A stretch of 64,000 bases of DNA from Candidatus Thermosaccharophagus tengchongensis (lineage in GTDB: Bacteria; Armatimonadota; Fervidibacteria; Fervidibacterales; Thermosaccharophagaceae): NCBI GenBank assembly GCA_032161105.1, contig JAVHTD010000005.1. One strand, written 5' to 3'. The notes under the pieces were generated by a model, which was not told where the DNA came from, did no database searches, and saw only the letters and a list, made by a program, of their open reading frames with translations. The position numbers and the translations under genes are program-made. This document shows positions 58,325-64,000 of this stretch, one piece after another. Numbering within the stretch: position 1 is the first letter of the stretch; each line of letters begins with the position of its first letter.

Positions 58325-61300
58325 TCATCGGCTTGCGTCCTCTCCCTGCATAAACCGAACCATATCAAGCGGCTTGAGCTGAGTTGGCTCATCAAGCCAC
58401 TTTAGGAAGACTTTCACAGCTTGCGATTTGGTCATCTCGCGTCCTATAAGCCTTTCACACAGCGATTTCAAGCTCCTCACGGCGATCGGCGTCGGCGATA
58501 TTGCCGCATTGATGCACTCAATCACATCGTCGCTGAGCGCTTCAAGCCAGACATCATTACTCTCGCTCGCGCTCAAGCTCAGCAGGCGCTTCAACCGCTG
58601 CCTCGTGATGGATGTCGGAAGGCGTTCCATGAATGATTCAACTTTGCCCCTCAAATCTGGTGCAAGGAGGCGCCCCTTGCACTCATCGGCTATCTCCTCA
58701 ATCCGCTTTTCCATCTCCTCAGGCGGTGTTAGGGAGAGGTGTTCGCCGAGCATCAGCTTGCAGCTCTGGCACACTGGCGAGTCACGAAGCTGGCGCATAA
58801 GCTGCTCTTTTGTGACGGTGCATCGCTTTGACAGTTCGGCTCCGATTGCCCTAATCGCCTCAGCAGCGCCCATCACCTGCAGGCGTAGCTGCGCCGCTCT
58901 GCTGAGCAGCCTGAAGGCGCTGTGATGCCTGAGCTTGATGTATGGCTCAAAGCGTGAGGCGTTATGTTCATTCTCGTGGTGTGTCAAATATTGCTCCGTG
59001 TAATTGCGGAGCAACTCCTCCCAAGACGAGATGAGCCAATCAAGCTTGCCCAAGATGACTTCACCTTCATCAATGCTCTCAACCAAGCGCTCTGAGAGCA
59101 CTTTCAGTTCATCGCTGAGCCTCAAATTCGCGCTCGTTAGCCAAGCGTGTATTTTCCGCAGCTCGCCGCACTTTGCCAGCGAGTTGTAAATTTGAACGCA
59201 CACATCCCATGCTGACTTGAGTTCATCTTCGCTCACTCCGTTGGCGTGGAGGGTTGCAACCCATCCTTTGAGACCATCATGCGGCATCAGCTCATCTGAT
59301 ATGGCGCTTACGGCTACACTTACAGTCCCAATGGCATTGAGCGATTGAGACCACATGGCGCTGCTGTGTTGCAGTTGCGTCATTAGCGTGACCAATTCGC
59401 CGTGCGCCCGTTCGCACATTTCGGATGCATGTCCCTTCCACGAGGTGAGGTTTCTCCAGAGCACTTGAACTGCAGCTGGATGAGGGGAGCCCTCAACTTT
59501 TGGTGGCGGTATTTGGATGGCGCTCGCATACGAAGTTACGGCTTCCCAAGTTTCTCGGTCAACGAGCGGTGCTGCGCTTAATGCTGCCACTTGCCTGTGG
59601 AGTGGTGAGCCAAGCCGTTGCGGCAGCAACGGTGAGCCGTATCTGTCATGCGCCATAACCTCGCCACGCCTGAGCAGCGCCGCAATGAGCAATTCAAGCT
59701 GCTCATCACGGAGCCCATACTCGCTTTTACGGGCTGTAGCGGCAAGCTGCTCATATGCAATTGGCGCATCCAAGCTGGCTATTAGCTCGCATATGAGCTT
59801 TAAAGCGCCCTCGCATGGTGCAGCGCCATCAAGCACCTGTGTAGTTATTCCGAGCGGCATTGCAACGCATCTCCAAAGCTCCTTCAGGTCGGCGCTCAGC
59901 CTTTGCGGGTTCTCACCAGCTAAGATTGAGTTGATGAGCCTTTTATGTTCGTCCGAGGGGCGCAACGGTGAGCGTGGTGCAACGGATGTAAACTGGGGGA
60001 AGACCTTCGGAACAGATGCGCCAGCGATTGCCACAAGGACATCGCTAAGGGATGCCTCAGTCGGTATGAGCGCCGATATGGGGAGCTTCCTTTCACCGAC
60101 GAGCAATGTGCCGCCTAAGTATGCATTGCGCATTATCCGCTGCGTCTCATTTGCCCTTGCAGTCTCCTCCTCCCGCAAGCGCTTGTATATTGCCATTCCA
60201 ATGTCGCTATCCCTGAGCGATGGGTCGTTTATCAGGATTGATGCAGCAGCGTTTTCCGTCAGGCGAATCATCTCGCCTCTGCCGATTGTTTTCGGGATGA
60301 GAATGGCTATTGCGAACTTGAACCGATTCTCCTCAAGTGAGCGCAGCAGCTCCGCAGCGCACTTAACTTGCTCATCTGTTGCGATTGGCGGCGCGATGAG
60401 AATGTGGATATCGTAAGTGCACGATGGGGAAGCGATATGGTGTTGAAGTCTGAGCAGCCACTCAGCTGTAACCTCCCTCAGGTCAATGCACTGCAGCATG
60501 AGATTGAACTGCGCATTTTGCCACTCAACTGCCGCTGTTCGCCCAAAGCCGATTTGCGGCATTGGCAGCGGTGATGTTGACATCGCCCTTAACGCATATT
60601 CAATCACCCTGATGTCCCCTTCCGAGAGTGTGTCAATTAACGCCTGCAGCCTCCGCCGAAGCATTTCCGTTGTGGTTGCGCCCAAGTCAACGGAATACAC
60701 ATCGCCGTAATCTTCCTCACGCCTGAGGCAGTCAATGTAGTTTGCGCTCATGCGCAATGTCTCCAGCAGCGAGAGCATGTAGCTGTAGTTCATTTCGGCA
60801 CCCAAGCCCAAGTCCCAAAGGAATGTGTGAGAGAGCTTCCTCACTGGCGCATCCATGCCCGCAATCTTGAATGCCACAAGCGCCCTCACAAGCTTCCTCA
60901 CAGCTTCCTTTCGCTCGGGGAAAAGTTCGCCCACCCTCTCATCAAGGTGAGGGACAACTTCGTCGGCGTATGAGTGCAGTTCGGGATGTGAAAGGATGTC
61001 GGCGTAAAAGTGCTCGTAGATTGCGTCTGGAGTGATTAGTTGAAATGCATCACAGTCGGCAAGGCGCATCGCTTGACTTTGAACGAAATCAACGATTGAG
61101 CGAGTCCTTGAGAAGAATCGTCCAGCGGCTCTCTCAAGGCATGCGAGCGTGAACGGGTGCAGCGGATAGCACGCCATCAATTCCTCAGCGCTGAATTCAA
61201 TCATGGGGAAGGCTTGTGTGAGTTTTCGGTGCCATTGGAGCATGAGTTGTGTGAACTGGCGCTCGTCCTTCAGCGGGAGCAAGTTCCTTCGTATGAGCTG

Positions 61301-62101
61301 GCGTGCATGCGCAAACGAAAGCGCATAGCGCACATATCTGTCCTTGATTTGCGTTATGGAATACGGCTCAAGCTCACCGAGCTCCTCAACTGTTCGTTGT
61401 ATGGCTGCGATCAACCATGTATGCGAGCGCTGGCAATATTGCGCGATGAATTGAAGGAATGACGCATCAGCTTGCAGTTGGCTGTGTTCCTTTGCCTGAA
61501 GAAACATTGAGAGCTCATCAATGAGCCAAAGCATGCGCTCATACCCAAGCTCATTTGCAGCCCTTTGAAGTGCTCCGAGCGCCTCAGCACGCGATGGCGG
61601 CATTTTGGTCGGCAGATTTTGAGTTGCCTTGTGAGGGTGAATTCGCCTCAGCGATGCGACGGTCTCTTCCCAGAGAATTTGCTCAAGCGGCGCTTTTGGG
61701 GAATAGGAATCCAAGCTGATGAATGTGACCAACCACTTGTGCTTAGCGATTTCGCTCACCAATTTGGCATAGCGTTCGTGCGAGCGCGTGAAGAGCTCTC
61801 TCGCCCATTGGAACTGGCAGAGGAGCCCGATGATGGCGAGCATATGGCTTTTCCCCGTCCCGAACGCGCCGCTAACCATGTATGCGCAGCCATTCGCTTT
61901 GCTCATGCCCGTGAGTATGCCCTCAATTGCGGCTTCATTTGCCCCGTGAACGACGAGGTATGATGCCGTGATTTCTCGCAGCGCCTCTTGCCTTGCCCCT
62001 TCAAGTTCGGCGTGAGCGGCATGTGAGATGCTGGCGAGTTGAATTACGGTTGGCACGCCCCTTATCTCCACTAAGTCGCCAATTCGCATGAGAGGATTCA
62101 C
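58325..62101 (-). CDS. DUF6079-like large P-loop ATPase (BREX BrxC/PglY-related)
   Basis: N-terminal MRIGDLVE...VIQL, Walker A SGAFGTGKSH, Walker B LIDELSMFL, IKDRY, YPLHP, C-terminal C...PVCQSC. Start probably 62089. Confidence 0.75.
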   Translation of the reverse strand: MNPLMRIGDLVEIRGVPTVIQLASISHAAHAELEGARQEALREITASYLVVHGANEAAIEGILTGMSKANGCAYMVSGAFGTGKSHMLAIIGLLCQFQWARELFTRSHERYAKLVSEIAKHKWLVTFISLDSYSPKAPLEQILWEETVASLRRIHPHKATQNLPTKMPPSRAEALGALQRAANELGYERMLWLIDELSMFLQAKEHSQLQADASFLQFIAQYCQRSHTWLIAAIQRTVEELGELEPYSITQIKDRYVRYALSFAHARQLIRRNLLPLKDERQFTQLMLQWHRKLTQAFPMIEFSAEELMACYPLHPFTLACLERAAGRFFSRTRSIVDFVQSQAMRLADCDAFQLITPDAIYEHFYADILSHPELHSYADEVVPHLDERVGELFPERKEAVRKLVRALVAFKIAGMDAPVRKLSHTFLWDLGLGAEMNYSYMLSLLETLRMSANYIDCLRREEDYGDVYSVDLGATTTEMLRRRLQALIDTLSEGDIRVIEYALRAMSTSPLPMPQIGFGRTAAVEWQNAQFNLMLQCIDLREVTAEWLLRLQHHIASPSCTYDIHILIAPPIATDEQVKCAAELLRSLEENRFKFAIAILIPKTIGRGEMIRLTENAAASILINDPSLRDSDIGMAIYKRLREEETARANETQRIMRNAYLGGTLLVGERKLPISALIPTEASLSDVLVAIAGASVPKVFPQFTSVAPRSPLRPSDEHKRLINSILAGENPQRLSADLKELWRCVAMPLGITTQVLDGAAPCEGALKLICELIASLDAPIAYEQLAATARKSEYGLRDEQLELLIAALLRRGEVMAHDRYGSPLLPQRLGSPLHRQVAALSAAPLVDRETWEAVTSYASAIQIPPPKVEGSPHPAAVQVLWRNLTSWKGHASEMCERAHGELVTLMTQLQHSSAMWSQSLNAIGTVSVAVSAISDELMPHDGLKGWVATLHANGVSEDELKSAWDVCVQIYNSLAKCGELRKIHAWLTSANLRLSDELKVLSERLVESIDEGEVILGKLDWLISSWEELLRNYTEQYLTHHENEHNASRFEPYIKLRHHSAFRLLSRAAQLRLQVMGAAEAIRAIGAELSKRCTVTKEQLMRQLRDSPVCQSCKLMLGEHLSLTPPEEMEKRIEEIADECKGRLLAPDLRGKVESFMERLPTSITRQRLKRLLSLSASESNDVWLEALSDDVIECINAAISPTPIAVRSLKSLCERLIGREMTKSQAVKVFLKWLDEPTQLKPLDMVRFMQGEDASR

Positions 62102-62181
62102 CCCCTTCCGAATGCTATCACGAGATGGCTATGTGTGGTATCATCACTTGCAGCTTAAGGGCTGCTTTGGAGGTGAGATTC

Positions 62182-63015
62182 ATGCTTCTCCTAATGTTTG
62201 CCAAGCACCTTCAGGAGTTGGGCATTGAGGGTATGGCGGATGCGATTGCTGAACTCGGCTTTGACGGCGTTGACCTGACCGTGAGAGAAGGCGGTAGCAT
62301 TGCCCCAAGTGATGCGAAGCATCATCTCCCGAAGGCGAAAAAGGCATTTGAGGAGCGTGGGCTTGTCATCGGGATGCTCACGACATCAATCACATCGCCG
62401 AATGATGGGCATGTTGAGGACATAGTCGGGAGCGCAAGCGACCTCGGGATAAAGTTCATCAAGCTCGGGTATTGGCGATACGATGCCTTTGGAACGCTCA
62501 GAGGGCGCATAAGCGATGTGCGTCGCTCACTTAGCGGTCTGGAGAAAATCGCCGAAAGATATGGCGTCACATTTGGCGTGCACACGCACAGCGGCAACTT
62601 CGTCACTTGCGATGGCGCAATCACTTTCATGCTCCTTGATGGCTTTCCGAGTGAGCGAATTTGCGCATACATTGATCCAGGTCACATGACAGTTGAGGGT
62701 GGTCTTTGCGGTTGGAAGGCGTGCATTGACTTACTCGGCGATTATGTTCGCATGGTTGCCGTTAAGGATTTTGCATGGCGTGCGGTGAAGGACGAATTTG
62801 GCAATGTCAAATGGAGGGTTGAAGCGGCGCCGTTGCGCGACGGCATAACCAGATGGGATGAGGTTTTTGACTGCCTTTCAAAGCTCGGCTTTGATGGCGT
62901 CATAAGCGTGCACAGCGAGTATCCGAATATGAGCGCGCATCAGATCATTGAGCAGACGAGGCTTGACCTCCAATACCTTCGCCCGATAATTGAGAGCACA
63001 TTGCGCAGGAGTTAG
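62182..63015 (+). CDS. Sugar phosphate isomerase/epimerase family (xylose isomerase-like TIM barrel)
   Basis: LGFDGVDLTVR, HTHSG, DPGH, VKDF, SVHSEY; GAGGTG Shine-Dalgarno before ATG 62182. Confidence 0.85.
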   Translation: MLLLMFAKHLQELGIEGMADAIAELGFDGVDLTVREGGSIAPSDAKHHLPKAKKAFEERGLVIGMLTTSITSPNDGHVEDIVGSASDLGIKFIKLGYWRYDAFGTLRGRISDVRRSLSGLEKIAERYGVTFGVHTHSGNFVTCDGAITFMLLDGFPSERICAYIDPGHMTVEGGLCGWKACIDLLGDYVRMVAVKDFAWRAVKDEFGNVKWRVEAAPLRDGITRWDEVFDCLSKLGFDGVISVHSEYPNMSAHQIIEQTRLDLQYLRPIIESTLRRS

Positions 63016-63087
63016 GGCACTCCGTGCGTCGGTGAAAAAAAACAGCTTTGGAAACTTCATCCCGATTCGGATAAGGTGCATCGTTGC

Positions 63088-64000
63088 ATGGCGAAAGGGT
63101 GGCTCATTGCGATTTTAATCCTCGTTGCAAGCGTCTTCAGCGCTTTTCTGCTCAACGCTTGTCCGAGGCATAGCCGTTATAGGCTTGAGCTTTACATCCA
63201 GTCAATCGGGCGATATGGCGATGGCGTTTGGAGGGTTGGCGCATCAAAGGCGGCGATAACGCCATTTGTGTGCGCAAACTTCGTTGACAGTGATGGCGAT
63301 GGGCGATACGAGCCGATGAGCGGCGATAGGTTGAGCGGGACGAGGATTTGGCTTGCTGGCTTTCACAATTCACGCCCCGCCTCAAGGGTGCATGACCAAC
63401 TTTGGGCGAGGGCTGTTGCCATTGATAATGGCGTTCACCGAATTGGCATCATTTCACTTGACCTGATTGGCTTGTTTTACGACGATGTGATTGACATACG
63501 AAATGAAGCTGAGCGGGTTGGCGCTAAATGTGACTACATCGTTGTGGCGTGCACGCACAACCACAACTCGCCAGATACGCTCGGTCTGTGGGGGCGATTC
63601 AGATTTTCGTGTGGCGTTGATGCGAGCTATCTGGAGATGGTGAAGCGGATGGCGGTTAAGGCGCTCACGGAAGCCATCTCAAACATGCGCAGTTGCAGGC
63701 TCTCGGTCGCTCAAGCCAAAACTGGCGTTGATGGGTTGATTGGCGATTCACGCCCACCGTTCGTGGTTGATGATAGGCTCACCGTGATGCATTTTTATGA
63801 TGCCACCACGCATGAGACAGTGTGCGCCATTGTTCATTGGGCGAATCATCCAGAGGCGTTTGGCTCAAGGAATACGATGGTCACATCCGACTTTGTTCAC
63901 TGGGTGCGCACCACAGTTGAGAATGGCATTCGGTTGCCAGACGGCGGTTTTGTGGGCGGGCTTGGCGGTATTGCGATTTACATCAACGGCGCAATCGGCG
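63088..64000 (+). CDS. Secreted neutral/alkaline ceramidase-like protein, partial (runs off window; absent from the ORF track)
   Basis: Translated by hand: MAKGWLIAILILVASVF...ITP...WLAGF...VHDQLWARA...CTHNHNSPDTLGLWG...NHPE...YINGAIG, with no stop before the window end. Confidence 0.85.
   Translation, partial: MAKGWLIAILILVASVFSAFLLNACPRHSRYRLELYIQSIGRYGDGVWRVGASKAAITPFVCANFVDSDGDGRYEPMSGDRLSGTRIWLAGFHNSRPASRVHDQLWARAVAIDNGVHRIGIISLDLIGLFYDDVIDIRNEAERVGAKCDYIVVACTHNHNSPDTLGLWGRFRFSCGVDASYLEMVKRMAVKALTEAISNMRSCRLSVAQAKTGVDGLIGDSRPPFVVDDRLTVMHFYDATTHETVCAIVHWANHPEAFGSRNTMVTSDFVHWVRTTVENGIRLPDGGFVGGLGGIAIYINGAIG

Noticed and set aside
63088..64000. Non-coding gap or pseudogene at the window end
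   Set aside because: It is an uninterrupted reading frame that simply lacks a stop inside the window.

Overview
A gene-dense 64 kb chromosomal window with about 50 CDS. No rRNA, tRNA, CRISPR array, integrase or transposase was recognised. Two prepilin-type/H-X9-DG (DUF1559) genes, large secreted beta-propeller/lectin proteins, ceramidase-like hydrolases and Aquifex-type aconitase suggest a thermophilic Armatimonadota-like (Fervidibacter-like) bacterium; this is an inference. Housekeeping genes include rlmN, mdh, eno, cimA, rfbB, rbsK, hslV, prmC, sua5, speB, coaX, htpX and aconitase. There is also a tadABC block, a Gld-like ABC operon and an M16 peptidase pair. The most notable points are: (1) a stand-alone 1258-aa DUF6079/BREX-type ATPase with no BREX partners; (2) an EVE-HNH modification-dependent nuclease with an apparent catalytic His->Tyr change, next to a collapsed duplicate of rlmN sequence; (3) nikR coupled to a Cys/His-rich prepilin-like protein instead of a nickel transporter; (4) in-frame GGGACNN heptamer arrays and a REP-like element inside the first gene; (5) a head-to-head overlapping amidase/lipoprotein pair; (6) two structured intergenic elements; and (7) many normally clustered genes occurring as orphans. 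All family assignments come from motif recognition by eye, not database searches.
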